Shown: piece after piece, positions 45,378-55,420 of the stretch
How the letters are laid out: every line of letters begins with the position of its first letter
How positions within the stretch are numbered: position 1 is the first letter of the stretch
IMG/VR virus record: IMGVR_UViG_3300018962_000001
Span: 1 to 64,000 of that record
Length of the DNA stretch: 64,000 nt
Direction: 5' to 3' (one strand)
Notes under the pieces: generated by a model
What the model was told of the DNA's origin: nothing
The model's input: the letters and a program-made list of their open reading frames with translations, nothing else
Databases searched by the model: none
Program-made: the position numbers and the translations under genes

Positions 45378-45583
45378 GATAGCACGGACGCCCCCCGGCG
45401 AAAGGCTCTGGCAGGCCGAACGATGTGGAGCACCAATACGCGAGTCCGAGTGGCACCTGCCCTGCGGGCTGGTCTTTGACATTCCCTGCATCGGGAATTG
45501 CCAGATGTCAAAGCCCGGCCCAGAGGGCAGGTGTCTTGCTATCGTGAAAAGAAGCCCTGACCTGAAACATGGAAGGAGCACGT

Positions 45584-46498
45584 ATGCCCCCAGCGAAAAT
45601 ACATGACCGGCGACGATGGGGCTTTGGACAGGTTGATGAGGAAGTCGTGAAAGTGCATGGTCCCCAGATCGGCGCGATCGGGATTGCCATTTACACGGCG
45701 CTCGCAACCTATGCCCACGGGAAAGACGAATGCGATCCCAGTATCGGGACGATCGCCGAGCATCTTGATGTCACCAAACCCACCGTCCGCAAATATCTCA
45801 ATAAGCTCCGGGCCGCTGGACTCGTCGATTGGCCCGATCCCCCGGAACGAATCAAAGGAACCCCTGGTGATCCACGGCTGTACCGCTTATTACCCGTTGA
45901 TAAAGCCGATCCCCTGAAGGTGAATGCGCGGTACTACCGCCAACTCGCGGCCCAAACCCCGCATCAGAACGTAGGAAACGACGTTGACTACCCGCAGGGG
46001 GTAGGAAACGACGTTGACCACGGGGGTCAATCTCCTTTACCACCCCAGGAAACGACGTTGACTACCCCTGGTCAAACAGCTATACCACCCGTAGTAAATG
46101 ACGTTGACCCGAATAAGAGATCCGGCGAAAGAGTCTTAGATCGGCGGCGGCGTGAGTCGGATGCGCCGGAGGATCGCGTTCAGGCTGTGCGCAAAGTGCT
46201 GGCTGAAATGAATATGTTTCGGTCGCAGATCGAGAAATGTTTACGGGGCCGACCGGATCTCACGGTCGAGGAGCTGACGACCTATGCGCCGAAGTTTCTG
46301 GCGGCCAAGAAACGGGAGGGCAAGTTCAAGCCGATCGTCTTTTTAGTCGAGTTATTCGAGAACGGGGGAAGTTTGATTCCGGCCACGCGCGAGGACGATT
46401 CTCCGGCGGCGGCGGCGGAAACCCAGGCCGATGAGATTCGGCGGCGTGCCTTGGAACGCAACCGTCGATCCGATCCGACCTATCCCGGAGACCGCTAA
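45584..46498 (+). CDS. phage replication initiator (winged HTH)
   Basis: AIYTALATYA..PSIGTIAEHLDVTKPTVRKYLNKLRAAGLV; internal iterons; abuts dnaB. Confidence 0.85.
   Translation: MPPAKIHDRRRWGFGQVDEEVVKVHGPQIGAIGIAIYTALATYAHGKDECDPSIGTIAEHLDVTKPTVRKYLNKLRAAGLVDWPDPPERIKGTPGDPRLYRLLPVDKADPLKVNARYYRQLAAQTPHQNVGNDVDYPQGVGNDVDHGGQSPLPPQETTLTTPGQTAIPPVVNDVDPNKRSGERVLDRRRRESDAPEDRVQAVRKVLAEMNMFRSQIEKCLRGRPDLTVEELTTYAPKFLAAKKREGKFKPIVFLVELFENGGSLIPATREDDSPAAAAETQADEIRRRALERNRRSDPTYPGDR
45971..46108 (+). repeat. four iteron-like direct repeats (candidate replication origin)
   Basis: gtaggaaacgacgttgac at 45971 and 46001, aggaaacgacgttgac at 46047, gtagtaaatgacgttgac at 46091. Confidence 0.8.
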
Positions 46499-47860
46499 AT
46501 GGAAAAAGCACTACCGCACAATGAAAGCGCGGAACGGGCCACGCTCGGCGCAATCCTCCTGGATCGCGATGCCATCATCCCCGTCGCTTCCTGGTTGGAC
46601 GAGTCACATTTTTATGTCGAAAAGCATGGGTGGGTGTACGCGGCGCAGGTAGCCTGCCTTAAGCGCCATGTGCCACCGGATCTCGTCAATGTTGCCGAGG
46701 AGTTACGCACGCGCGGGCAGTTAGATCAGATTGGTGGCGTTCCCTTCCTCGTCGATCTCTCCAATAGCGCACCGACCTCCGTTCATGTGGAGTATTATGC
46801 GCACGCGGTTTGGAAAACCGCGAGGAATCGTCGCGGGATCGCGGCTGGTGGGCAGATCGCCGCGCTCTATTACGAGGAAGATCGCGACTCCGAGGAGCTT
46901 GACCAGGAAGCGCGGCGGCTGCTCCACGCCGCCCAGTCGGAACAACTCGACACCGATCTTCAAACGATCGCACAGGTTGTTGCCGAGCGCGAAGCGCAGT
47001 TTAACAAGCCTGTGGAACCGGCGATCTCGACGGGGTTGATCGATCTGGACCGGCTGCTGAATGGTGGCTATCACAAGGACGATCAGATCATCATTGCCGC
47101 GCGGCCCGGTATCGGCAAAAGCTCGCTGATGGGGCATACCATGCGCCATAACCTGTTTTTGCCAGCGCCGCCGCGCATCCATACGTGCGAACTGGAAATG
47201 CGCAATCTGAACCTGCTCGACCGCATGCTCGCGTCCGATACCGGCCTGGATCTGTCCTTGTTTCGGCGCAATGACTTTACCGATGAGCAACTCGTCATGG
47301 TCATGGAGGCCATGTATCGGTACGAGGGCGTGCCGCTCTCACTCGATCAACGCATGAGCGTGGATATTGATGGCCTGTGGAAACGGATTGAGCTTCAGGC
47401 CAGTCGCGTTGGCAAGCCGGATCTCTTGTTCGTTGATTATCTCCAACTCGTCGGCGGCGGCTTTGTGAAAAAGGGTCGATCGGCAGCGAACCGCCAGGAA
47501 GAAGTGGCGTATGTGTCGGCACGACTCAAAGCGCTGGCACGCGAGTTAAATATCCCCGTGGTGGCGTTGGCGCAATTATCGCGGGAGATCGAGAAACGGG
47601 GCGGCCCGCCCATGCTCGCCGACTTACGCGAATCCGGCGCGATCGAGCAGAACGCCGATATAGTGATTCTGGCCTGGCGTCCCGATCTGGAAGAAGAAAC
47701 GCAGGAGGAGCGGACCGAACGGCAACGGTTAAAAATTCCGGTTCGCGTCGAACTGATTGTGGCAAAACATCGCAACGGACCAACCGGCGCGGTGAACGTG
47801 CTGGTGCAGGATTGGGATGGGGTCTGGTTAAACGCATCCGATCGGGTTGATCAGTACTAA
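46499..47860 (+). CDS. dnaB: DnaB-like replicative helicase
   Basis: LPHNESAERATLG, AARPGIGKS, VDYLQL, LAQLSR, LADLRESGAIEQNAD, AKHRNGPTG. Confidence 0.96.
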   Translation: MEKALPHNESAERATLGAILLDRDAIIPVASWLDESHFYVEKHGWVYAAQVACLKRHVPPDLVNVAEELRTRGQLDQIGGVPFLVDLSNSAPTSVHVEYYAHAVWKTARNRRGIAAGGQIAALYYEEDRDSEELDQEARRLLHAAQSEQLDTDLQTIAQVVAEREAQFNKPVEPAISTGLIDLDRLLNGGYHKDDQIIIAARPGIGKSSLMGHTMRHNLFLPAPPRIHTCELEMRNLNLLDRMLASDTGLDLSLFRRNDFTDEQLVMVMEAMYRYEGVPLSLDQRMSVDIDGLWKRIELQASRVGKPDLLFVDYLQLVGGGFVKKGRSAANRQEEVAYVSARLKALARELNIPVVALAQLSREIEKRGGPPMLADLRESGAIEQNADIVILAWRPDLEEETQEERTERQRLKIPVRVELIVAKHRNGPTGAVNVLVQDWDGVWLNASDRVDQY

Positions 47861-47874
47861 GGAGGAGACGAAGC

Positions 47875-48435
47875 ATGAGCCAGAGGAACCCAAGCTTATT
47901 CGATCCGCCCCCACCGGAGGCGACCGGCCTGCGCGTGGTCTGCCGAAAATGCGGCACCATTGTCACGGAGGGCGTGCCGCCGAATCAGGTGGTGGACACC
48001 TGTGGGTCGTGTCGATCAACGCCACGCGCTGCTCCGGTTGCGGCGGCCATTCGCCCGCCGCGCTATTTTGGGATGGTTCGCATGCTGCCCTTAGATGCGG
48101 CGACCTACACGTTCCCACCGCAAGGACCGGAGGCGGAACCGGCAGCGATTCGCCTCCTGTATGACCAATCGCGCCGGACCAGTACCCGGCGGGTGGCGGA
48201 GAATCTGCGCAAAATGCGCGTGAGTCTCCATTGCTGGCGGGGATGGGTGTTTCTTACGCTGGCGCGCAAAGAACGACGCATCAGTGACACCGAGATCTTA
48301 AATGCCCGTACGGTATTCGGCATTCCCGGCGGTGCCGTGCGGTGTCCGCCCACCGGGTTGCAATCGACGATCATCAGCGGCAGTGTTTGGTATGACGTGT
48401 GCTATGCTTGGTGGGAACCACAGGAGAGTCGCTAA
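47875..48435 (+). CDS. hypothetical protein with Zn ribbon
   Basis: CRKC..CGSC; RBS aggag. Confidence 0.6.
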   Translation: MSQRNPSLFDPPPPEATGLRVVCRKCGTIVTEGVPPNQVVDTCGSCRSTPRAAPVAAAIRPPRYFGMVRMLPLDAATYTFPPQGPEAEPAAIRLLYDQSRRTSTRRVAENLRKMRVSLHCWRGWVFLTLARKERRISDTEILNARTVFGIPGGAVRCPPTGLQSTIISGSVWYDVCYAWWEPQESR

Positions 48436-48459
48436 CCATTGAGCAGCGTGGAGGCTTTG

Positions 48460-50355
48460 ATGAAGTGTTTGGTTCTTCGTTCCCTGATGCTGGTCAGCGT
48501 GCTGGCCCTACTGATCAGCATCTCGTCCACCCACCCCCCAATCGCCCGCGCGGCATCCGCGAATTTACTCTGGAAGCCGTATTTACAACAACTGACCGAT
48601 ACCGGCGTGGTCGTCCGGTGGACGACCAAAACAGGAACGACCTCGGTGGTCCGCTATCGAACCGGGAGCGACGCGCTCGCCTCGGCATCGGGCACGCCAC
48701 GGACGATTGCCGCCTTGGGCGCGCAGATGCATCGCGTTGCGTTAACCGGCCTGCGTCCGAACACGACCTATACGTATGAGATCGTCACCGATGGAGAAAC
48801 GTTGTGGCCGGACGGCGTGATGTCCTTCCGCACCGCTCCCGCGCGCGGGAGCGGCACGCCGGTCACATTTGCCGCGTTTGGGGACATGGGCAAAGGCACG
48901 ACGAGTCAACGCCTCCTGCGGGATCAGATGGCTGCCGACTCGTTGTCGTTCGTGCTGTCCACGGGCGACAACGCCTATGATGCCGGAACGTATGCGGAGT
49001 TTGACACAAAGGTCTTCCAGATCTACGGCGACGTGTTCTCCAGGGCAGCGTTCTTTCCGACTCTGGGCAATCATGACTATGCAACCAGCAGTGGTGCCCC
49101 GTATCTCGATCTCGTCAGCCTGCCGTACCAGGCGCTGCGCGCGAGTGATCACGAACGGTATTACTCGTTTGACTATGGCAATGTGCATGTCGTCGCTCTC
49201 GATACGAATGCTCCCTTGAATGTGACCGATAGCGCCGCGACCGATGATATGTTTGACTGGCTGCGGGCGGATCTCGGGGCGACGCAGCAGCCCTGGATTA
49301 TTGCGGTCACGCATCATGCGCCGTACTCGACGGGATCGCATGGGTCGGACGCGCGCGTGCGATCCAAGTTGGTCCCGATCTTTGAGCAGTACGGCGTCGA
49401 TCTGGTGTTAAGCGGCCATGATCATATTTATCAACGGAGCAAGCCGCTGCGCGGCGGCGTGGTGACTCCGATTGCGCAGGGCGGCATTCCCTATATTGTC
49501 ACGGGCGCGGGTGACGCCGCATTGTATGCCTGCGGGACCGCCGAGTGGGTTGTCGTTTCGTATTGCGCGAAGCCGTATGGAATCTATAACCGTATCCGCG
49601 TGGCAGGCGATCAGCTGGTGATTGAGGCGATTGATAATACCGGCGTGCTACGGGATTCCTATACGATGGGAGAGGCAACGCCGCCGCCGGGCATTCCCGT
49701 GCCCGGTACGATCCAGGCCGAGGACTATCGTGTTGGTGGGCCACAGGTAGGCTACGCGGATAGTACCGCAGGGAATAGTGGCGGTGTGTATCGCACGGAT
49801 GACGTGGACATCCAGGCAACCAACGATCCGGCGGGTGGTGGCTACAATATCGGGTGGATGACCGCCGGGGAATGGCTGGCGTATGACATCGAGGTGACCA
49901 CGCCGGGAATGTATCAGCCGTCGCTTCGCATCGCGACACCGCATAGTGCCCGGCAGGTGAGTCTGGTCGTTGATGAAGTCAGCTCGCCCCCCGTGATCCT
50001 CCCCACGACGGGTGACTGGCAAACCTGGACCACCGTTCGCGCCGATCCGATCAGCCTTACGGCTGGGCGGCATACGCTCCGCATGGTGGTCGATACCCCC
50101 AGCCAGAACATAAACTGGATTCGCCTTGATCTGGTCCCGCCAACCCCGACTCCCGCGCCAACCCAGACCGCAACGGCGACGACCGTTGCCACGGAGACCG
50201 TGGAGCCAACGGCCACGGCGACGGTGACCGCTTCCCCGACGAGGACGCCCACTCCTACGGTCGCGCCAACTTCGACCCCTGTGGTCTTGCGGTTCCCACT
50301 GGTGACCGATCCCTACCCGCGTCCTGAGGAGCCACCCCCGTATCCCGCCCCGTAG
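48460..50355 (+). CDS. secreted purple acid phosphatase-family metallophosphoesterase with FN3-like N-domain and CBM6
   Basis: signal peptide; GDMG, GDNAY, GNHD, GHDH; QAEDY..IGWMTAGEWLAY; Pro/Thr-rich tail. Confidence 0.92.
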   Translation: MKCLVLRSLMLVSVLALLISISSTHPPIARAASANLLWKPYLQQLTDTGVVVRWTTKTGTTSVVRYRTGSDALASASGTPRTIAALGAQMHRVALTGLRPNTTYTYEIVTDGETLWPDGVMSFRTAPARGSGTPVTFAAFGDMGKGTTSQRLLRDQMAADSLSFVLSTGDNAYDAGTYAEFDTKVFQIYGDVFSRAAFFPTLGNHDYATSSGAPYLDLVSLPYQALRASDHERYYSFDYGNVHVVALDTNAPLNVTDSAATDDMFDWLRADLGATQQPWIIAVTHHAPYSTGSHGSDARVRSKLVPIFEQYGVDLVLSGHDHIYQRSKPLRGGVVTPIAQGGIPYIVTGAGDAALYACGTAEWVVVSYCAKPYGIYNRIRVAGDQLVIEAIDNTGVLRDSYTMGEATPPPGIPVPGTIQAEDYRVGGPQVGYADSTAGNSGGVYRTDDVDIQATNDPAGGGYNIGWMTAGEWLAYDIEVTTPGMYQPSLRIATPHSARQVSLVVDEVSSPPVILPTTGDWQTWTTVRADPISLTAGRHTLRMVVDTPSQNINWIRLDLVPPTPTPAPTQTATATTVATETVEPTATATVTASPTRTPTPTVAPTSTPVVLRFPLVTDPYPRPEEPPPYPAP

Positions 50356-50394
50356 TTATGTCAAACGGTCGGACGTTCCACAGGTTGACCATAA

Positions 50395-50427
50395 ACCAAC
50401 CCGCGCTCACTGTGAGCGCGGGTTGGT
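50395..50427. terminator. 16-bp perfect inverted repeat
   Basis: accaacccgcgctcac-t-gtgagcgcgggttggt immediately before a promoter. Confidence 0.6.
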
Positions 50428-50429
50428 CC

Positions 50430-50458
50430 TAGACAAGCGCATCAATATGCGCTATACT
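50430..50458 (+). promoter_or_regulatory. sigma70-like promoter
   Basis: TAGACA-17-TATACT. Confidence 0.75.
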
Positions 50459-50486
50459 GGACAGGAATACGAGGAGGTACAGGCAC

Positions 50487-51518
50487 ATGAGTATCGTTCC
50501 CGCCCCGAATAGTGGCGTATCGATCGAGACGTTCAACTCCGATATGCTGATGCCTGCATTTAGTGTGCAGGAAGCCGCCCGGCGGCATAAAGCGATCATC
50601 GACTATGTTTCGAAGCTCCTGGTTCCCGGTCAGGATTATGGCATCGTCCCTGGGACCAGTCGCAAAGATCCGCAGACCGGCGAAGAGTTGGCGAAGAACA
50701 CGTTATACCTACCGGGCGCACAAAAGCTCTGCTCCTTTTTTGCCCTTACGCCGATCTTCGAGGTCGAGGACAAAGAGAAAGACTGGACGGGCGAACGCCA
50801 CCGGGATAAGAACGGCAATCCCGAACCGTTCTTTGCCTTCGACATTAAGTGTAAGTTGTATCGGGGATCATATCTGGTCGCCGAAGGCAACGGCCACTGC
50901 AATAGCTGGGAGAAGAAGTATCGGTATCGAGAAGCGAAGCGACTCTGCCCGGAGTGCCAACAGCCAACCCTGAACAAATCCAAGAAACGACCCGATGGCA
51001 GTGGCGGCAAAGGCTATTACTGCTGGCAAAAGATCGGGGGCTGTGGGCAACAGTTTGATTCTCCTGACCTGATTGCCGAGATCGAGCGGCAGGAGGTCGG
51101 CCAGATCCCGAATCCCGATATTGCCGATGTCGTGAACACGGTGCGGAAGATTGCCGACAAACGCGCGTTTGTCGCTGCGATCTTGACAGCCACCGGAGCC
51201 TCGCAGTTCTTTACCCAGGATCTCGAAGATCTGTATATGGATCGGTTATCTCAGGTGCTTCCCGCTCCCCCACGTATCGCCTCCGTCGAGGAAGCCGAGG
51301 ATCGGTTCTGGCAGAAGTTCGCGGGGATCGTTGGCGGTGCGGAATGGGAAGCCGTCCAACTGTATCTCAACGATCGACAGCGCATGAAGCCAACTACCAT
51401 CGACGGGTGGATCGAGGCCGGGAAGTTCCTCAATGACGCGGTGCTTGCGAAGGCCGCCTTGCAGCAGCATCTGGGGCCGCTGGCCGAGGATATGGCGGGC
51501 CAGGAGGTAGCTCCGTGA
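50487..51518 (+). CDS. conserved phage protein, possible recombination/ssDNA-annealing factor
   Basis: LYLPGAQKL, EGNGHCNSWEKKY, NTVRKIADKRAFVAAILTATGASQFFTQDLED; function not established. Confidence 0.55.
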   Translation: MSIVPAPNSGVSIETFNSDMLMPAFSVQEAARRHKAIIDYVSKLLVPGQDYGIVPGTSRKDPQTGEELAKNTLYLPGAQKLCSFFALTPIFEVEDKEKDWTGERHRDKNGNPEPFFAFDIKCKLYRGSYLVAEGNGHCNSWEKKYRYREAKRLCPECQQPTLNKSKKRPDGSGGKGYYCWQKIGGCGQQFDSPDLIAEIERQEVGQIPNPDIADVVNTVRKIADKRAFVAAILTATGASQFFTQDLEDLYMDRLSQVLPAPPRIASVEEAEDRFWQKFAGIVGGAEWEAVQLYLNDRQRMKPTTIDGWIEAGKFLNDAVLAKAALQQHLGPLAEDMAGQEVAP

Positions 51519-52066
51519 ACCTTGATCCCGATCGCCTTGCGGATCTGATCCATGCGCTCGACCAATGGGGGAGGCCCACGCCACCTCCCCCAGCTCCGGG
51601 TGATCCAGTCCCGGTGGACCCTGAGAAGCTGCGGCACGCGCTGCGCTATTTCGACCGCATGGACTCGGTGCTTTCGGATGTCGCGCGTGCCGCCGCGCAT
51701 GAACTCAGCCCCCAGGATGATATGCCGGAACTGCTGGCGGCGGCGGCGGCGGCGCGGGCGCTCGTGGGTGAAATGATCTATCCCATGAACTGGCCGCAGG
51801 AGGTTCGTCGCCTGTCCGAGCAGCAGGCCGCGTTGGAGCGAACACTCCCACTTGTGCTCGTCGCCGCGATTCGGGGCCGCCCCATGCCCGATCTACCACT
51901 GACGATTCTGGATGTTCGCGCCGATCACCGGACTCAGACGCTGCATCTCCGGCTGACCGATGGCCCAAACCATTACGAGGCCATTCTTGAGACGCGCCAT
52001 ACCCTCGGCTTCGCGATCCCCCAAAAAGGAGAGTCTGATGGATCAGTCCCCCCGGCCAACGAATAG
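51515..52066 (+). CDS. hypothetical protein
   Basis: GTGA overlap, RBS ggagg. Confidence 0.6.
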   Translation: MNLDPDRLADLIHALDQWGRPTPPPPAPGDPVPVDPEKLRHALRYFDRMDSVLSDVARAAAHELSPQDDMPELLAAAAAARALVGEMIYPMNWPQEVRRLSEQQAALERTLPLVLVAAIRGRPMPDLPLTILDVRADHRTQTLHLRLTDGPNHYEAILETRHTLGFAIPQKGESDGSVPPANE

Positions 52067-52802
52067 CGCCGAAGATCACTATGGGGTCTTCGTCCTGGCG
52101 CGGCTTGATGGGCAGGCACTTCCCACGGACGGACGCTATTTTGTCCTGAACTATGCCCATGACCCCCTCGCGCGGCGCGCGTTGTGGTCGTATATGCAGG
52201 CGGCAAAGGCGGCAGGATCGACGGCGCTGGCGGACGATCTGCGGATCGAGTTGACCCGGACGGAGTACCGCGCAACCGGCGAGAGTCCGAGTGGCCTGGC
52301 CGTCGCCAATCGTCCGCCCGCGTTGGAAGAACATCTGCGCGCCACGGAAATCGCCCTGTACTATTTTCTGAAGGATAGTACGGGCATGCCCGCGCCATAC
52401 CGCGCGCAGCTTGATGAAATCTATAGCGCGATCGCCATCGCCGCCCAGGTACCGGAACGCCCCTTGCCCCCCCCACGTCAGGCCGAGTGGGAGGCGCAGG
52501 TGGATGCGATGATCGCCCTCCATCAGATCCTCGGTGGTTCACTGGATAGCCCGATCGACGAGACCGATGTGATTCAGCGCGCGATCGACCGGATTAAGGC
52601 TGATAGGGCATACAGTGCTGCCCTGGAACAGAAATGTCGGTCCCGCCTTGATCGCGGAGATGCGTACCGGGTGGCGGAAACGGAACTCCACGCGACTCTG
52701 GTTGCCCGTGGCGCGATTGGCCCGGATGCCGATCCCACCCGTGTCTTGTTGGTCGCCGATCGGCTCCTGGCCGACACCGCCGAGGTGCGCGATGACTCGT
52801 GA
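52038..52802 (+). CDS. hypothetical protein
   Basis: YFVLNYAHDPLARRAL motif; RBS aaggag. Confidence 0.65.
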   Translation: MDQSPRPTNSAEDHYGVFVLARLDGQALPTDGRYFVLNYAHDPLARRALWSYMQAAKAAGSTALADDLRIELTRTEYRATGESPSGLAVANRPPALEEHLRATEIALYYFLKDSTGMPAPYRAQLDEIYSAIAIAAQVPERPLPPPRQAEWEAQVDAMIALHQILGGSLDSPIDETDVIQRAIDRIKADRAYSAALEQKCRSRLDRGDAYRVAETELHATLVARGAIGPDADPTRVLLVADRLLADTAEVRDDS

Positions 52803-53214
52803 GCGCGATCTGGATGCGGCGATCAGTCTGGTGCAGGCCCATCTCACTGATCAGCGTCCGATGACTCTCGATTCGCTGGCAGAAATGCAGCACTTCCTTG
52901 CCAATATCGCCGCCGCCGGGGAAACGACCCTGGTTGGATGTCATAGCTGTGGGCGGGGCGTACGGCCCCGTGATGCGGTGTTGGGTCGTTGTGCGGCCTG
53001 TGCGGCAGCGTGTTTAACCGGCCAGATCGATGACGCGCTCCGGCTGGCCCAGGAGTTTCTCGCGGGCTATTTTGCCATTATTCCCTTCGAGGATTTGGGC
53101 GACGCCCAGGGGATGGGCCTCGATCACCTGCGGACCACGCTACGGACCACGCGGAGACTCATCCGGGAGGAATATCCGAGCGCGCCAGCGCCTTCCCTAG
53201 AGTCGTCCCCTTAA
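52792..53214 (+). CDS. hypothetical protein with CHSC..CAAC
   Basis: overlap-coupled. Confidence 0.55.
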   Translation: MTRERDLDAAISLVQAHLTDQRPMTLDSLAEMQHFLANIAAAGETTLVGCHSCGRGVRPRDAVLGRCAACAAACLTGQIDDALRLAQEFLAGYFAIIPFEDLGDAQGMGLDHLRTTLRTTRRLIREEYPSAPAPSLESSP

Positions 53215-53220
53215 TACCTC

Positions 53221-53249
53221 TTGACATATGCGTATATCTGCGCTACACT
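53221..53249 (+). promoter_or_regulatory. sigma70-like promoter
   Basis: TTGACA-17-TACACT. Confidence 0.75.
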
Positions 53250-53282
53250 CCTGATACGATCCCCTATCAGGAGTGTTTGTCT

Positions 53283-53546
53283 ATGAGACGAGTCTGGTTG
53301 GAGGGCGAAGGCTGGGTGGAAGAATATGACCTTGCCGACCTCGTGCCGCTTCCGGCGATATGCCCACGGTGTCGGCGTGCGTTCGTTGGCCGGGAGGCAA
53401 TTCTCGCGCCGAGCCTCGCTAATGTCTGTTGCTTTTGGTGTGGGCCAAGTCGAGCCATCCGGCTCCAGCCCCATCCCGACTATCCGGGCGTGGTGGATGC
53501 CCGCACACGGGCGCATGCCGCCGGATGGCAGGAGTCCTTGCTATGA
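53283..53546 (+). CDS. small Zn-ribbon protein
   Basis: CPRC..CFWC; RBS aggag. Confidence 0.6.
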   Translation: MRRVWLEGEGWVEEYDLADLVPLPAICPRCRRAFVGREAILAPSLANVCCFWCGPSRAIRLQPHPDYPGVVDARTRAHAAGWQESLL

Positions 53547-53848
53547 CCTGTGTTGATTGTGGGGTCCCACTTGATGTGTATTACGGCGACACAACTGCGC
53601 CGCGCTGCCTGGAGGACTGGATTATCTCCTATTACGAGGTCACTCCGGCGGAACGCGCCACGATCGATCAGCAGATCACGCTCTACCGGGAGTTAGGAAA
53701 ATCCGAGGAGTTCCTAGCGTCCCTGCGCCGCCGCCGGTTGTGTCAGATTGCGGCCAGTCGGTCCCGTGCGGTCTTTGCGGAGCCAGTGGCCGCGAATCCG
53801 CGAGACGCGGCCACCATGCCACCGGAGGAACCACGCGATGCCGCTTGA
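53543..53848 (+). CDS. hypothetical protein
   Basis: ATGA overlap. Confidence 0.6.
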   Translation: MTCVDCGVPLDVYYGDTTAPRCLEDWIISYYEVTPAERATIDQQITLYRELGKSEEFLASLRRRRLCQIAASRSRAVFAEPVAANPRDAATMPPEEPRDAA

Positions 53849-54380
53849 AATCATTGTGGTGATTGACCGGGTGCGTCGTCCGACTGGGGCGACGGAGCTG
53901 CGTTTGCGCGGCGCGTTCTCGGCTGCGTGGCTGGCACAGATCGCGGAGACGCTTGACTTTGATCATTGGTTGGACGAGGGTGAAGTCCTGATCGGGCGAG
54001 TCCAGCAGATCGTGTATGTCGATGTTCGCGACTCGACTCGCCTGCTGCTTGACGACTCACTCGGTCCTCAGGGCCAGCCGCATCCCCTGCTCCTCCCTTC
54101 GGAGGATCGGCTCACGCTGGCCTTGCTGGTTGCCGAGTATGGCTGTGATCGGTGTCATACCAGCCAGGACGACCCTTCGTGGCGCTGGAATGGTACGCGC
54201 TGGGAGCACAAGTGTCGACTCGATCATCCGCAATGTGGCTATGACGTGATGCTGCCCCTGCCGCTGGAGATGACCGATCGTGGGGCCATTCAGTATCTTC
54301 GTCCCTATGCCATTCAGAATCGTTATGGTCAAACAGTCGAACGTTCGACCACGGAGCCGGACGACGATGCCGATCGCTGA
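53838..54380 (+). CDS. hypothetical protein
   Basis: RBS ggagg. Confidence 0.6.
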   Translation: MPLEIIVVIDRVRRPTGATELRLRGAFSAAWLAQIAETLDFDHWLDEGEVLIGRVQQIVYVDVRDSTRLLLDDSLGPQGQPHPLLLPSEDRLTLALLVAEYGCDRCHTSQDDPSWRWNGTRWEHKCRLDHPQCGYDVMLPLPLEMTDRGAIQYLRPYAIQNRYGQTVERSTTEPDDDADR

Positions 54381-54657
54381 ACGCTGTGAAAACCACTACG
54401 ATCCCGATCCTTGTGTGACCTGTCGGGGTGTCGGCGGCAAGAGTGAACGGGACTATCAGGGTGTTGCTCCCTGGGGGGAGCAGGTGGCCTATTTTGATCC
54501 CTGCGCCGATTGTTGGGATAAAGGCGTGTGTCCCGGCTGTGGCGAACCGATCGACACCCGTGTTGGCATGGATGACGCTGGCTGCGAGTCGTGCGGCTGG
54601 ATCTATGACCCGGATCGTGAGACCGTGGTGTGGGAGGACCCCGAACCGTGGGATTAA
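54367..54657 (+). CDS. DnaJ-like Cys-rich Zn-finger protein
   Basis: CVTCRG, CADCWDKG, CPGCG, CESCG. Confidence 0.6.
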   Translation: MPIAERCENHYDPDPCVTCRGVGGKSERDYQGVAPWGEQVAYFDPCADCWDKGVCPGCGEPIDTRVGMDDAGCESCGWIYDPDRETVVWEDPEPWD

Positions 54658-54808
54658 GACGGCAACACCGACCATCCCGATCCTATCCGATCGGGTATCT
54701 GACGGACTGGAGGCGCGGGATTCGGGCGCTCCGCACGCTCAATCCGCGCACAGGCCGGTGGTATCGAGCGCGGGTGTATGAGCGTGTTCTTTTTGTCGAG
54801 AGGTGGAT

Positions 54809-55165
54809 ATGATCTGTTCGCTGTGCCAGGATCGCGGATGTCTCGCCTGTCCCCAGGCGCGGGTGCGGTATCTGAAACGACTCACCGAACCGGCCTTTGT
54901 CGCGCGAACCCCGGAGGATCTCGATCTGCTGAAGCAGGCGGTTGGCGCGGAGGAACTCCAGCGGATTCACGCGGCGACCGGCGGTGATCCGCAACGGATG
55001 GCAGCGGAAATCACCTATAACCTCGGCGTTGCCCAGTTTATTCAGGGGATGCACGCCCTCCAGAACAAGCCGCCCCGGCGGGCACGGATCTATAAGATCC
55101 CAACGCCGGTGCAAGAATCGCCCGACTGGATGCAGCCCCAATTCCCGAAACGGCGGCGGCGATGA
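54809..55165 (+). CDS. hypothetical protein
   Basis: CSLC..CLAC; RBS gagg. Confidence 0.55.
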   Translation: MICSLCQDRGCLACPQARVRYLKRLTEPAFVARTPEDLDLLKQAVGAEELQRIHAATGGDPQRMAAEITYNLGVAQFIQGMHALQNKPPRRARIYKIPTPVQESPDWMQPQFPKRRRR

Positions 55166-55416
55166 CACCCGAACGACAACGGGGACGACGGCAGGTGATC
55201 TGGACGGAGGTTCAGGACAACGGGATCTGGTGTACCCTCGACTGCGGGCACCACACCCTGGTTCGTCGTCAGAACTTTGTGAAAGCGCTCTCCCGTGGCG
55301 TGTTCCTGCGCCCACAGCGTATCCCTGAACGATTAAACTGTCCGCTGTGTGATAGTCCGGCCATGCGCATCGCCCAAGCTGCCGCAGGCGATGCCCCGAC
55401 CAACGACGTGGGATGA
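55162..55416 (+). CDS. small Zn-ribbon protein
   Basis: LDCGH..CPLC; ATGA overlap. Confidence 0.55.
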   Translation: MTPERQRGRRQVIWTEVQDNGIWCTLDCGHHTLVRRQNFVKALSRGVFLRPQRIPERLNCPLCDSPAMRIAQAAAGDAPTNDVG

Positions 55417-55420
55417 TCCG

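Noticed and set aside
45971-46108. Repeats considered as a mini CRISPR array
   Set aside because: Repeats are only 16-18 bp, irregularly spaced, in frame within a coding gene, and no cas genes are present; iterons fit better.
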